DNA of 32,000 bases from Candidatus Electrothrix sp. GW3-4 (GCF_037902255.1 NZ_CP147990.1:2670001-2702000), one strand, 5' to 3'. Shown: positions 1 through 9,690, counted from the stretch's first letter. The notes: generated by a model not told the origin, from the letters alone. Numbers and translations are program-made.

Positions 1-1
1 C

Positions 2-1003
2 TCTGGCCTCCTGGAAGTGGCAGAAAACGCCGCTTCCGAGGGATGGTACAAGAGTATCTTGCCTCAGCAGCCGGATCATATCGGACGGCACAGCAAGATG
101 CCAAATAAATATCGCTATATTTCAGGCCTGCTCTCATCCATCGACAACGACGCCTTACAGCCTTTGAAAATTGTTATCAACGCAGGTAATGGTTGTGCCG
201 GGCCTGTGATTGATCTTCTGGAACATCACCTTCCTTTTACCTTTATCAAACTCAATCACAAGCCAGACGGCAATTTTCCCAAAGGAGTGCCCAATCCTCT
301 GCTGCCGGAAAATCGAGACGAAACATCCCAAGCCGTGCAAGAACATGCTGCTGATCTCGGCGTGGCTTGGGATGGAGATGCAGACCGCTGTTTCCTTTTT
401 GACGAAACAGGTCGTTTTATCGAGGGATATTATATTGTCGGCCTCTTAGCTGCTGCAATGCTCAAACGCCATCCCGGCGCAACAATCCTTCATGACCCCA
501 GACTGATCTGGAATACTCAGGAAATTGTTCACGCCGCAGGAGGCAAGGCCGTGATGACCAAAACCGGCCATGCCTTTATTAAAGAGGCTATGCGGCGGGA
601 ACAAGCCGTCTACGGGGGTGAGATGTCAGCTCATCATTATTTTCAGGACTTTGGTTATTGTGACTCCGGCATGCTCCCTTGGCTACTGGTTGCCCAGCTC
701 ATCTACCAACAGGGTACCCCCTTGTCTGCCCTGGTTAACGAACGGATGCAGGCCTATCCGGTTAGTGGAGAGATTAATTCCACAGTGGCTGATCCCGACG
801 CGACCTTGCGGCATATTGAAGAACAGTACAACGACGGAGAGAAGGATTACACCGATGGACTCTCAATCTCCTATCCCGAGTTTCGCTTCAACCTCCGCAA
901 ATCCAACACCGAACCTGTCCTCCGCCTGAATGTGGAAACCCGCGCCAACGAGCAGCTCCTCCAGGAAAAAACAGAGGAGCTCCTGGCCTTGATCAGGGCG
1001 TAA
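2..1003 (+). CDS. manB: phosphomannomutase/phosphoglucomutase-family enzyme (alpha-D-phosphohexomutase); 5' end lies outside the window
   Basis: The frame is open to the window edge, so the GTG at 17 is only the first in-window start. It has the metal-binding loop AWDGDADRCF and the C-terminal phosphate-binding loop RKSNTEPVLRLNVE. It lies directly upstream of manC. Confidence 0.85.
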   Translation, partial: SGLLEVAENAASEGWYKSILPQQPDHIGRHSKMPNKYRYISGLLSSIDNDALQPLKIVINAGNGCAGPVIDLLEHHLPFTFIKLNHKPDGNFPKGVPNPLLPENRDETSQAVQEHAADLGVAWDGDADRCFLFDETGRFIEGYYIVGLLAAAMLKRHPGATILHDPRLIWNTQEIVHAAGGKAVMTKTGHAFIKEAMRREQAVYGGEMSAHHYFQDFGYCDSGMLPWLLVAQLIYQQGTPLSALVNERMQAYPVSGEINSTVADPDATLRHIEEQYNDGEKDYTDGLSISYPEFRFNLRKSNTEPVLRLNVETRANEQLLQEKTEELLALIRA

Positions 1004-1112
1004 AGAGAGACCGATATATTGTAGGGACAGGCCCCCTGTACCTGCCCAATGCATACCGAATAATATGTTCAGGGCAAACACAGGGATTTGCCCCTACGAC
1101 CTTAAACAAAAT

Positions 1113-2519
1113 ATGCGTATTCAACCAGTCATTCTTGCTGGCGGCACCGGTACCCGACTCTGGCCTCTCTCCCGTGAACTGTACCCAAAGCAATTGCTCA
1201 GTCTGATCGGCGAACATTCCCTTCTGCAAACCACCCTTATCCGCGTCAACCTGATACCGGATGCCCTGCCCCCTCTTATTGTTGTGGGCGAAGAACACCG
1301 TTTTCTGACCCGTTCCCAAGTGGAAGAACTGAATCTGTTTCCCCAGTATCAGCTTCTTCTCGAGCCCTTGGGCAAAGACACAGCCCCGGCTGTCTGTGGT
1401 GCCGCCCTGTTTGCGCAAAAACACAGTGAAAAAGACATGCTCCTGCTCGTCTTGCCAGCAGATCACCTCATTGCCCGACCAGATGATTTTGTCAACGCCG
1501 TACTCCGGGCCAAAAAACTTGCTCAGCGAGGTAAGCTTGCGACTTTTGGTATTGTGCCGGATCGCCCTGAAACCGGGTACGGCTATATCCGCAGAGGCCC
1601 TAAGCATGCGGTCCAGTCCTTTGTGGAAAAACCAGACCTGACAACAGCAGAACAGTATATTGCTGACAGCAATTACTTCTGGAACAGCGGCATGTTTGCC
1701 TTTCCTGCTGATCTTCTCCTTGCCGAGCTGAACGAGCATGCCCATGATACCGTGTCCTGCATGAAAAAGGCGGTCAAGAAAGGATCTCCTGATGGTGTGT
1801 TCTTTCGCTTTGACCCCAAGGCCATGCAGCAGAGCCCGGCTGAGTCTATTGATTACGCTCTGATGGAAAAAACCAGCCAGGCAGTGGTGGTTGAGGCGGA
1901 TTTCGGCTGGAACGATATCGGTTCCTGGCGGGCCCTCTGGGAGGTCACGGAAAAAGACCCGCAAGGGAATGTGGTCAGTGGAGACGTGCTCCTTGAGGAC
2001 GTTGAAAATTGCCTTATTCGCTCTGAAGATACATTGGTTGCCGCAGTCGGTTTACGGGACACCCTCATAGTCGAGACCTCAGATGCTGTACTGGTCGCCC
2101 CTTTGAATCGCTCCCAGGACGTTAAGAAGATTGTCAGCCGCCTCAAAAAACGTGCTCGTACGGAATTTCACAGTCACAGAACCGTCTTTCGCCCTTGGGG
2201 CAGTTACACCACTCTGGAGATCCACGACCGCTTTCAAATAAAGCGGATCACCGTAAATCCCGGAGCCCGCCTTTCTTCCCAAATGCACCATCATCGTCAT
2301 GAGCACTGGGTGGTGGTTCGGGGTACAGCCCGGGTAGAAAACGGCGGGCAGGAAATCCTGCTCCGTGAAGATGAATCAACCTATATCCCACTAGGCACTA
2401 TCCATCGCCTGGAAAATCCCGGAGTGATCCCCTTGGAGCTGATAGAAATCCAAATCGGAAGCTATCTGGGAGAAGATGACATTATTCGTTTTGATGACGA
2501 ATACGGTCGAGACGCCTGA
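1113..2519 (+). CDS. manC: bifunctional mannose-1-phosphate guanylyltransferase / mannose-6-phosphate isomerase
   Basis: N-terminal nucleotidyltransferase signature MRIQPVILAGGTGTRLWPLSR and C-terminal cupin/PMI signature SSQMHHHRHEHWVVVRGTA. I prefer the ATG at 1113, because the ORF-track start at 1065 adds 16 non-conserved residues. Confidence 0.9.
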   Translation: MRIQPVILAGGTGTRLWPLSRELYPKQLLSLIGEHSLLQTTLIRVNLIPDALPPLIVVGEEHRFLTRSQVEELNLFPQYQLLLEPLGKDTAPAVCGAALFAQKHSEKDMLLLVLPADHLIARPDDFVNAVLRAKKLAQRGKLATFGIVPDRPETGYGYIRRGPKHAVQSFVEKPDLTTAEQYIADSNYFWNSGMFAFPADLLLAELNEHAHDTVSCMKKAVKKGSPDGVFFRFDPKAMQQSPAESIDYALMEKTSQAVVVEADFGWNDIGSWRALWEVTEKDPQGNVVSGDVLLEDVENCLIRSEDTLVAAVGLRDTLIVETSDAVLVAPLNRSQDVKKIVSRLKKRARTEFHSHRTVFRPWGSYTTLEIHDRFQIKRITVNPGARLSSQMHHHRHEHWVVVRGTARVENGGQEILLREDESTYIPLGTIHRLENPGVIPLELIEIQIGSYLGEDDIIRFDDEYGRDA

Positions 2520-2530
2520 GCCTGTCCGCC

Positions 2531-3574
2531 ATGCCTGATTCCACACGCCCCTGTACGGTTGGCGTTGCCATGAGTGGCGGCGTTGACTCTACTGTTGCTG
2601 CCACAATTCTGCTTGAGCAGGGTTTTGCCGTCCATGGCTTTTTCATGAGACTCCCCCTCCCTGGTCTTGATGAGCAAACCCGCAAAGTTGAGGAGATCGC
2701 TGATCGCCTCAACATCCCCCTACATCTGGTGGAAATGGAGGAAGAATTCAAGAAAAGGGTTATTGCCTATTTTTGTGATGAATACCAGCAAGGCCGGACC
2801 CCGAACCCCTGTGTCGTCTGCAATCAAGAAATCAAATTCGGCCTGTTCACCAAGGCAATGTTTGCTCAAGGCATGGACAAGACCGCCACTGGCCATTATG
2901 CAGGGATAGGCCTGATGCATGGCACGCCTCTTCTTCAGCGGGGTACAGATCCGAAAAAGGACCAATCCTACTTCCTTTGCCGCCTTTCCGCACAACAACT
3001 CCAACGAACGCTGCTTCCCTTGGCTGGCCACTGTAAGAAAGAGATTCGTCTTCAGGCACAGTCCTTGGGATTCACCCAATTCGGCGGTGATGAAAGTCAG
3101 GATGTCTGTTTTCTGGCCCAACACGACCTGTCCTCCTTTCTGAGCGAACAGGGGTTCAAGAGCAAACAAGGAGAGATTGTCACAGAAGATGGCAGGGTTC
3201 TAGGCACCCACCAAGGTATCTGGAAATACACCGTGGGGCAGCGCAGAGGTCTCGGCATACCAGACGCAACGCCCTGGTACGTGGTCGGATTGCATGCGAA
3301 AAAAAATCAAGTCATTATTGGTAAGAATGATGCCCTCTTTCAGCAGGAACTTTTTCTTTCAGATATGCAATGGCAGCTTGAGCCCCCCATTCACTGGCAA
3401 GGCAAGGTGCAGCTCCGTTCACGCCATCAAGCCGCCGAGGCAGAGGTCAGCCCAGGGGAAGACGGAAATTGGCGAGTTCGATTTCAGGAGCCCCAACGAG
3501 CCGTGACTCCAGGGCAATTTGCAGTCCTGTATCAGGACGATCTGGTGATAGGGTCAGGCATCATACGAGGCTAA
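2531..3574 (+). CDS. mnmA: tRNA 2-thiouridine(34) synthase MnmA
   Basis: PP-loop VAMSGGVDSTVAA, conserved NPCVVCN and KDQSYFL motifs, and typical length (347 aa). It starts 11 nt after the manC stop. Confidence 0.9.
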   Translation: MPDSTRPCTVGVAMSGGVDSTVAATILLEQGFAVHGFFMRLPLPGLDEQTRKVEEIADRLNIPLHLVEMEEEFKKRVIAYFCDEYQQGRTPNPCVVCNQEIKFGLFTKAMFAQGMDKTATGHYAGIGLMHGTPLLQRGTDPKKDQSYFLCRLSAQQLQRTLLPLAGHCKKEIRLQAQSLGFTQFGGDESQDVCFLAQHDLSSFLSEQGFKSKQGEIVTEDGRVLGTHQGIWKYTVGQRRGLGIPDATPWYVVGLHAKKNQVIIGKNDALFQQELFLSDMQWQLEPPIHWQGKVQLRSRHQAAEAEVSPGEDGNWRVRFQEPQRAVTPGQFAVLYQDDLVIGSGIIRG

Positions 3575-3587
3575 AAAGGCGCAAAAT

Positions 3588-6500
3588 TTATTCCCAAACA
3601 ACAACGCAGTTACGTCCAAGCTCCTTTACCCGGTACAAGGCCTTGTCAGCATTCTCGACCAGCTCGGTTCTATCATCACCTGTCAACTCTGCCACCCCAA
3701 CACTGACCGTTATGCATAATTGCTCTATTTTCCCGGTGCTCATCTCATGCTCAACAATGCGCTCCTGCACCGCCTTATTAATCTTTCTCCCGATCCTGCC
3801 AGCCTTTTCTTTTCTTGAACCGGGCAAGATAACAACGAATTCATCCCCGCCGTAACGAGCTGCGACATCATTTTTCCCGACATTTGAGCTGATCTCCTGA
3901 GCAACACTCTGCAAGACTATATCGCCGACCTGATGTCCGTACGTATCATTAAACATCTTAAATTTATCCACATCTATAAGCATCAGACTCAAGAATTCAC
4001 GCTCATCTCGAGCCTTTTGCACAGAATGGAGTAAAAAATTATCAAAATAAGCGCGATTATAGATTCCCGTCAAGGCATCCATAACAGATTGTTTAAACAA
4101 GCGAGCGTTCTCTATTGAAACACCAGCCTGACTGGAAATTAGTTCCAACACCCAGAGGTCCTCTCTATTAAACAGACCACTGATCATCCCATTATCAAGA
4201 TAGATCACTCCGAGCAGAATATTTCGATGCTGAATAGGGACGCAAAGAACAGAGCGCAGGCCATAATTAATAACACTCGACTGTTCCTTAAAGGCCTCAT
4301 CAATCACCGCATCCTCGATAATGAGCGGTTTCTTTTCCTTTTCGACCTTCCTGATAATACTTTGACTCGTGAAAAAGGTCTCTTTTTCATTCTCAACGCA
4401 TTCCGCATTCCGGGCAACGCGAACTTCAAGTTCCTGCGGCCGATTGCGGTCTTCAGGATAAAGAAACAGAATTCCTTTTTCAGCCCCAAGCAGTTCTATT
4501 GCCTTGTCCATTATTTTTTCGAGCAACTCATCCAGATCAAGGATCGAACTGAGATAGCGACTGGTTTCCAAGGCCGTCATAATCTTTCTTTCTGAGCTGA
4601 AACGCTGTTGCGGAGTTGTCTCCTGCTCATGAAAGACTTCCTGCGCCGAGGGGGACGCCTCCTGGATTCCCAATAATTGCTGAGTAATACGACAACAGGC
4701 CTCAGCCCCTATATCCTTAAAAATCTTTTGCGACTCTGCGAGATGACGTGTTGCCAGCTCTCGATACATTGCCTCTTTCTCATCAATAAGAAAGTTGCCC
4801 ATTTCCATAAGGATATAGGCAAGTCGATACGTATCCTCTGTATGCTCACGAAGAAAGGCTATACCGCTTTCCCAATTATACAACGCCTCCTTTTTTCTTC
4901 CGATAACCCACTGATACGTACCGTTGACCTGATATGCCCAACCGAGAATAAATTTAAATTTCCTGCTCCACTTTAATGATTTTTTACAAAACCATCGTGC
5001 CCGCCTAAGGTATTCCTGTCGTTTATTTTCTGAAAGTTTTGCGAGATGGGTAACAGCATCAAGGTAGACCTGGGCCCCAAGAGGGAATAAATCCAATGTC
5101 CACACCCCATTACTGTAATGAGTAGGGAACCTTTGCATCACCTCCTCTATGGTTTCGATCGCCTTGTCATATTCCTGTTGCCGTAAGTAGACTAAGGCCA
5201 GGGCGGACAAGGCAAAAAGAATATTTGCCATATCCCTTGTTTGTTCCATCAGGGAAACACTTTCTCTGATCTCTTCAACAGTTCTTTCATCAGCATTTCC
5301 AATCATGGCAAGCGCTTTCCCTTTCGTCATCAGAGCCCATCCTATATTTTGGGGAACCTGCGCTTCAGTTGCCAAGGCAACAAATTCTTCACCAACCGTC
5401 AATGCCTCGTTCAATTTTCCCGTCAAGAGACAATGCTGAATTCTGAAGGCATAGGCAACCCCCAGATCCCAGTACTCACTCAAGCCCCTGAGCATCTGTA
5501 TGCTTTTCTTCGAGTACTCCAATCCTTTCCGGGGACGATTCAGCATGAGCAGAGCCAAACTGTAACCGCCGTAAGCAGCCCCCTCTTGCAACCTATCCCC
5601 TGTTGCTTTGGCCGTATTAATGGCCAACTCGGCATATCTCTTTGACTTGGCCTGCCAAGGAATAGAAGCCCAAATAACCCCTCCAAGCATATAACAGTAA
5701 ATGAGCTCTGAACAGGGTCCTGCCTTTTCTGCAAGATTAAGACATTTCAGGTGGCAATACAGACTTTTTTTCATATCTTTGAAAAAATACCATTTGTACA
5801 GCCTGTTCAAAACACGCAGCACAATAACATCTTCTCGAGTTGCAACCTGAGCACGTCCCTTAAGAAAAAATTTTGGGAACAGGGCATGAAAAAACTGGAC
5901 GGTCAACTCAAACAGGAGCTTCAAGAAAACCGCCAACGTACTTTGTGGGACCTTGATTCCTGACAAGCGTAACGTTTGTTCCAGGGCAGAAAAACTCTTC
6001 TCCACCTCTCCTTTTTCAAATAAGGTGTCCCCCATCTTGCTCAGGACCCTACTTTTATGCGTTGTTTTTGTTTCTGGAATAAGGGTATCGCATTCCTTTA
6101 ATACACAGAGAGATTGCTCAAATTTACCAATCAACCTGTAACTCTCGCCCAAATTTTCCAGCAAGGTCGTATAGGATTCTGTTTTATCGCCTTTTTCGTC
6201 TAAGATATCCTTTGCATAGACATAATAGGCTATCGCATCCTGATGAGCATGGTTGCTCTTTGCCTTGGCCCCGGCCTTCAAGGCATATTGCAGGCCATTT
6301 TCTTCGTCACCGCCCTCCATAAGATGATAGGTCAGTTCAAAGAGGATCTCCTTTTCCCGCCCTTTATAATGCTCCAGGAGAAACTGTGCTATCCGAAGAT
6401 GGTATTCTGCCCGCTTCTGCTCGGAAATCCTTCCAAGGAATGTTTCCCGTATGCGATCATGAGTAAATCTGACCTTGCCTCGATCGCTGAGTGAGTACTC

Positions 6501-8495
6501 CAGCAAGTTTCTTTTCACGGCCTGATCAATTAACTGCAATACGTCTGCATGGTCCCTATCAATCAGCCTGTAGAGGAGATAAAGCCTAAACTCCTTACCG
6601 ATAATAGCGCTTATCTCCAGCAGATTTTCTATATCCTGTGGTATATCCCTTGTCCGTAACAACATCATATCTAGGATGTTGTTTGGTAAATGCAAACTGT
6701 TAATCTTATCCTGATCAACAGTACAGGTACCCTGCTCCCAAACAATGGCCTTTTGCTCGACAATCTCCTTTACCAATGTAATGGTAAAGAAAGGATTACC
6801 CTCTGCTTTATCGGAGATATACTTTGCAAAGGCATGAACCTGATCATTTTGCTCTTTGAGCAGGTTTGCCACCATATGCATAACCCTGTCATGGGACAAG
6901 GGCATAACCTGAAGATCAGTAACCGCATCTCCTCGAATTTTTGCCCGTCGTTTCATACGACGAAGTGGATGGTCCTCATCGACCTCGTTACTTCTATAGG
7001 TACCGAGAATAAGCAGATTTGAGCTACCGATATGAGCACTGATATGCTCTAAGAGACGTAAACTCCCCTCATCTGCCCATTGCAGATCATCCAGAAAAAG
7101 GATCCCTACCTGATCCTCCCGAATAAGATTACAGATAAAATGGGCCGCTGTAATAGTGAATCGGATATTCTCTTTCTCTGGCTCTAAGGGAGGTAACTCA
7201 GGAACAGGACCTAATAGCTCTTTCAAATTCGGGTTCAGCCTGATAAGTATGGCGCCGAGTTCTCCTGCGAGCTCTTTTATTCTTTTGCTCTCTTGGGCCC
7301 TTGCCTGTATTCCAGCCTTCGTGACCTTTTGAATAAACTCGTCCAGGGCATGCTTAAAGGCCTGGTACGGCACCCTGTTTTCCTGAGCCATACAGTGGCT
7401 TTCTATAAAAATCTCACCTTTATTATACCCTCGTATATAAACGTATTCCTTTATTGCCTTGACCAATCTGGTCTTTCCGACCCCAGGTTCTCCGCCAATA
7501 AGACAGATTCTCCCCTGCTTACGGGCGGCCTTATTGATCAATCCCTTGATCATGGTCAGCTCTTCTTCCCTACCAACAAATTTGGTCTGATAGGAAAGAC
7601 GTATTTCATTGCGATCCCCCTCACCAATAGTGAAGCTCCGTTCACTATTTAAATATCGTCGAATATCATAGAGCAATCCGTTGGCACTCTGATAACGTTC
7701 ATCTTGGTCTTTTGCCAGCAGACGATTAACAATACAAACAATAACATCAGGGAGTTGAGGATTCAGCTGATGCAGAGGAACAGCTCGCATAGCTGCAATC
7801 TGATGGAGTAACTCTGCTGCTGTGGAGGACTGAAAAGGGAGTTGGCCAGTAAGGAGATAATAGAGAATAACACCAACGGAGTAGAGATCACTTCGTTCAT
7901 CAAGTTGCTTACGAATAATGCCGGTTGCCTCAGGAGACATATAGGAGAACGTACCCACCATATTGTCATTCCTTTCAAAATTACTCAACTCCATGATATG
8001 GGCCAAACCGAAATCCAGCAGCTTAATTTCAGGCTGCTCCGTCGCGCTGTTAACAACGAAAATATTACTCGGCTTCACGTCACGGTGAATAATATTGTGG
8101 GAATGAACACAGTGGAGGGCTTCGGCGACTTTTCCGACAAGAGCCATTGCCTCGTTCGTGCTGAATTTGACACCTTTTTTCAAAAGCCCCGCCAGGCTAT
8201 CACCATTCAACACCTCAGTGACCAAATAGGGTATACCGTTATAATCTCCTGTTGCATGAAATTTAATAATATGAGGATGATCAAGCTTACTGATCACCTT
8301 AACTTCATTTCTGAACTTGACAACCAATTCAAGATAAGGAAGAGTGTTGACGGGGTTCAAAAATTTAAGCGCAATTTCTTTATCATCCTCCTTATCTAAG
8401 GCCCGATAGACAACAGACATGCCGCCCTTCCCGAGCTTATTCAGGATGAGATACCTGTCGTCGACAAGCTCATTTACATGTAACGTATCCAACAT
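3588..8495 (-). CDS. 1,635-aa multidomain signalling protein: Ser/Thr protein kinase + P-loop (AAA_16/STAND-like) NTPase + TPR-like repeats + GAF + GGDEF diguanylate cyclase
   Basis: One uninterrupted ORF. Kinase motifs are GKGGMSVVY, IALK, HRDVKPSN, DFG and SPEA. Walker A is GGEPGVGKTRL and Walker B is ILFLDDLQWAD. A long helical/TPR-like region follows. The GAF-like block runs LDELLEKIMDKAIELLGAEKGILFLY...LCVPIQHRNILLGVIYLDN. The GGDEF domain has DVDKFKMFNDTYGHQVGD and RYGGDEFVVIL. Confidence 0.9.
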   Translation of the reverse strand: MLDTLHVNELVDDRYLILNKLGKGGMSVVYRALDKEDDKEIALKFLNPVNTLPYLELVVKFRNEVKVISKLDHPHIIKFHATGDYNGIPYLVTEVLNGDSLAGLLKKGVKFSTNEAMALVGKVAEALHCVHSHNIIHRDVKPSNIFVVNSATEQPEIKLLDFGLAHIMELSNFERNDNMVGTFSYMSPEATGIIRKQLDERSDLYSVGVILYYLLTGQLPFQSSTAAELLHQIAAMRAVPLHQLNPQLPDVIVCIVNRLLAKDQDERYQSANGLLYDIRRYLNSERSFTIGEGDRNEIRLSYQTKFVGREEELTMIKGLINKAARKQGRICLIGGEPGVGKTRLVKAIKEYVYIRGYNKGEIFIESHCMAQENRVPYQAFKHALDEFIQKVTKAGIQARAQESKRIKELAGELGAILIRLNPNLKELLGPVPELPPLEPEKENIRFTITAAHFICNLIREDQVGILFLDDLQWADEGSLRLLEHISAHIGSSNLLILGTYRSNEVDEDHPLRRMKRRAKIRGDAVTDLQVMPLSHDRVMHMVANLLKEQNDQVHAFAKYISDKAEGNPFFTITLVKEIVEQKAIVWEQGTCTVDQDKINSLHLPNNILDMMLLRTRDIPQDIENLLEISAIIGKEFRLYLLYRLIDRDHADVLQLIDQAVKRNLLEYSLSDRGKVRFTHDRIRETFLGRISEQKRAEYHLRIAQFLLEHYKGREKEILFELTYHLMEGGDEENGLQYALKAGAKAKSNHAHQDAIAYYVYAKDILDEKGDKTESYTTLLENLGESYRLIGKFEQSLCVLKECDTLIPETKTTHKSRVLSKMGDTLFEKGEVEKSFSALEQTLRLSGIKVPQSTLAVFLKLLFELTVQFFHALFPKFFLKGRAQVATREDVIVLRVLNRLYKWYFFKDMKKSLYCHLKCLNLAEKAGPCSELIYCYMLGGVIWASIPWQAKSKRYAELAINTAKATGDRLQEGAAYGGYSLALLMLNRPRKGLEYSKKSIQMLRGLSEYWDLGVAYAFRIQHCLLTGKLNEALTVGEEFVALATEAQVPQNIGWALMTKGKALAMIGNADERTVEEIRESVSLMEQTRDMANILFALSALALVYLRQQEYDKAIETIEEVMQRFPTHYSNGVWTLDLFPLGAQVYLDAVTHLAKLSENKRQEYLRRARWFCKKSLKWSRKFKFILGWAYQVNGTYQWVIGRKKEALYNWESGIAFLREHTEDTYRLAYILMEMGNFLIDEKEAMYRELATRHLAESQKIFKDIGAEACCRITQQLLGIQEASPSAQEVFHEQETTPQQRFSSERKIMTALETSRYLSSILDLDELLEKIMDKAIELLGAEKGILFLYPEDRNRPQELEVRVARNAECVENEKETFFTSQSIIRKVEKEKKPLIIEDAVIDEAFKEQSSVINYGLRSVLCVPIQHRNILLGVIYLDNGMISGLFNREDLWVLELISSQAGVSIENARLFKQSVMDALTGIYNRAYFDNFLLHSVQKARDEREFLSLMLIDVDKFKMFNDTYGHQVGDIVLQSVAQEISSNVGKNDVAARYGGDEFVVILPGSRKEKAGRIGRKINKAVQERIVEHEMSTGKIEQLCITVSVGVAELTGDDRTELVENADKALYRVKELGRNCVVVWE
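3591..4079 (-). other. domain: GGDEF diguanylate cyclase (about aa 1473-1635)
   Basis: The GGDEF codons are at 3837-3851 (reverse complement ggcggggatgaattc). Canonical guanine-contacting residues N and D are present in FNDTYGHQVGD. The I-site RxxD position reads GKND, so no I-site is present. Confidence 0.85.
4098..4577 (-). other. domain: GAF (about aa 1307-1466)
   Basis: Typical GAF sequence pattern, SRYLSSILDLDELLEKIMDKAIELLGAEKGILFLY ... VLCVPIQHRNILLGVIYLDN ... ISSQAGVSIENARLF. Confidence 0.7.
4716..6398 (-). other. domain: TPR-like / helical-repeat region (about aa 700-1260; boundaries approximate)
   Basis: Recurrent A/Y/G-spaced helical pairs, for example AIAYYVYAKDIL...LLENLGESYRLIGKFEQSL and LALVYLRQQEYDKAIETIEEVMQRF. 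No HMM could be run. Confidence 0.55.
6816..7583 (-). other. domain: P-loop NTPase, AAA_16 / STAND-like (about aa 305-560; boundaries approximate)
   Basis: Walker A CLIGGEPGVGKTRL is encoded at about 7470-7496. Walker B hhhhDD (ILFLDDLQWADEGS) lies downstream. Confidence 0.7.
7671..8456 (-). other. domain: Hanks-type Ser/Thr kinase (about aa 14-275 of the 1,635-aa protein)
   Basis: All catalytic motifs are intact. The HRD codons are at 8079-8087 (verified on the reverse complement). DFG is at aa 161-163. Confidence 0.85.
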
Positions 8496-8924
8496 AATAT
8501 TCTATCAATCCGGCCTTCCAGTTACGCAGAAAGCATCATCACGCTACCAGTTGCAAAAAATAATACTGCTGATCACTGCCGACCTTGAGTTACTATCCGC
8601 TCAAAGTTGTTGAAAAATAATGACGATTTTCCTATACTACTTTAAATATAAATGAATCGAAAGCATAAAGTATATTAGAAACATTTTCTATTTATTTAGA
8701 AGAGATAGAAACAAAACATACAAATCTGTTTTATTTCTTCTGGATTTGACTTCTGCATTTTTGGGCAATGCGCCAAGAGGCAAAAACGACGGAATCATAC
8801 ACATCCTCCTTTTTCAAAGAAAACGGGCACAATCCTCAACCGTTCGCAGTAAATTATCTGTGCCCCTTATACGGTAAGGCGTTACCATCACCGCCCTGCT
8901 CCAAAATCTGACCTGGTCGCCATC

Positions 8925-9569
8925 ATGGACTGCCTCCAACTCCTGGGATTTGCCGCAGCATTTCTAATGTTCTCAACCTTTTACATGAAGAACATGATCC
9001 CTCTGAGAATCATTGGCATGGCAAGTAATGTCGCCTTTATTCTTTTTGCCGTAAACTCCGTTCCCAAGGTCATGCCCTTGGTTGTCCTTCACGCAGCTCT
9101 GCTGCCGATGAACTTTTTCCGTTTGATCCAAATGCTCAAACTGATTGAAAAAGTCCGATCAGCATCAGAAGATGACATGTCCTTCGAGTTCATGATCCCT
9201 CACATGCATAAAGAAAAATTCAATAAAGACGAGATTGTTTTCCGCCGCGGGGATGAGGCTGACAAGATCTATCTTCTTAAATCAGGTATCCTGACCGTTG
9301 ATGAGCTTGATATTGTTATCAACCCAGGAGAACTCTTTGGAGAAATGGGCGTCTTTGCCAGTGAACAGATTCGCCTGGCCACCCTGCGATGTGAGAGCGA
9401 GGTGGAGTTACTTTCCATGACTGCCAAACAGATCAAGCAGCTTTATTACCAAAATCCTCAGTTCGGTTTCTATTTGATCCAGCTCTTACTTAAACGCTTT
9501 TCTCAGAACGAAGGGAATATAGAAAAGAAAATTAACGACTATACCCGTACTGAAGAACCGATCATCTGA
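8925..9569 (+). CDS. small membrane protein: three N-terminal TM helices fused to a cyclic-nucleotide-binding (CAP/PKA-type) domain
   Basis: Hydrophobic segments are LQLLGFAAAFLMFSTFYM, IPLRIIGMASNVAFILFAV and VMPLVVLHAALLPMNFFRLI. The cNMP-domain core is FRRGDEADKIYLLKSG...GELFGEMGVFASEQIRLATLRC, whose phosphate-binding cassette has conserved Gly-Glu and Arg. The start codon is uncertain because there is no clear SD. Confidence 0.75.
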   Translation: MDCLQLLGFAAAFLMFSTFYMKNMIPLRIIGMASNVAFILFAVNSVPKVMPLVVLHAALLPMNFFRLIQMLKLIEKVRSASEDDMSFEFMIPHMHKEKFNKDEIVFRRGDEADKIYLLKSGILTVDELDIVINPGELFGEMGVFASEQIRLATLRCESEVELLSMTAKQIKQLYYQNPQFGFYLIQLLLKRFSQNEGNIEKKINDYTRTEEPII

Positions 9570-9690
9570 TTCCTTACTCCTCATTTTCTTCGTAACCAAG
9601 CCAAGGGGGCCCAAAAAAAATTCTTGATTCAATGCGTTCCAGGGTCGTAAAGCTGTTTATTTAGTCTTTAGCAACCAAAGACCGTTTTTC

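Noticed and set aside
993-1964. 323-aa ORF on the minus strand
   Set aside because: It is entirely antisense to the well-supported manC gene. The sequence is low-complexity and Arg/Gly/Pro-rich with no recognisable motif, which is typical of a shadow ORF.
3575-3587. A 13-nt gap between the convergent mnmA and the kinase-GGDEF gene, examined for a bidirectional terminator
   Set aside because: No stem-loop or T/A-run can be formed in or around the gap.
3837-3872. Checked the GGDEF domain for an RxxD I-site and for Hypr (cGAMP-type) specificity residues
   Set aside because: The I-site position reads GKND, not RxxD. The specificity position is the canonical Asp (GHQVGD), so there is no evidence for a Hypr-type enzyme.
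7842-8399. 185-aa ORF on the plus strand (and similar ones at 4227-4595, 5241-5645, 7293-7652)
   Set aside because: All lie antisense within the 1,635-aa kinase-GGDEF ORF. AT-rich coding DNA commonly yields such shadow ORFs.
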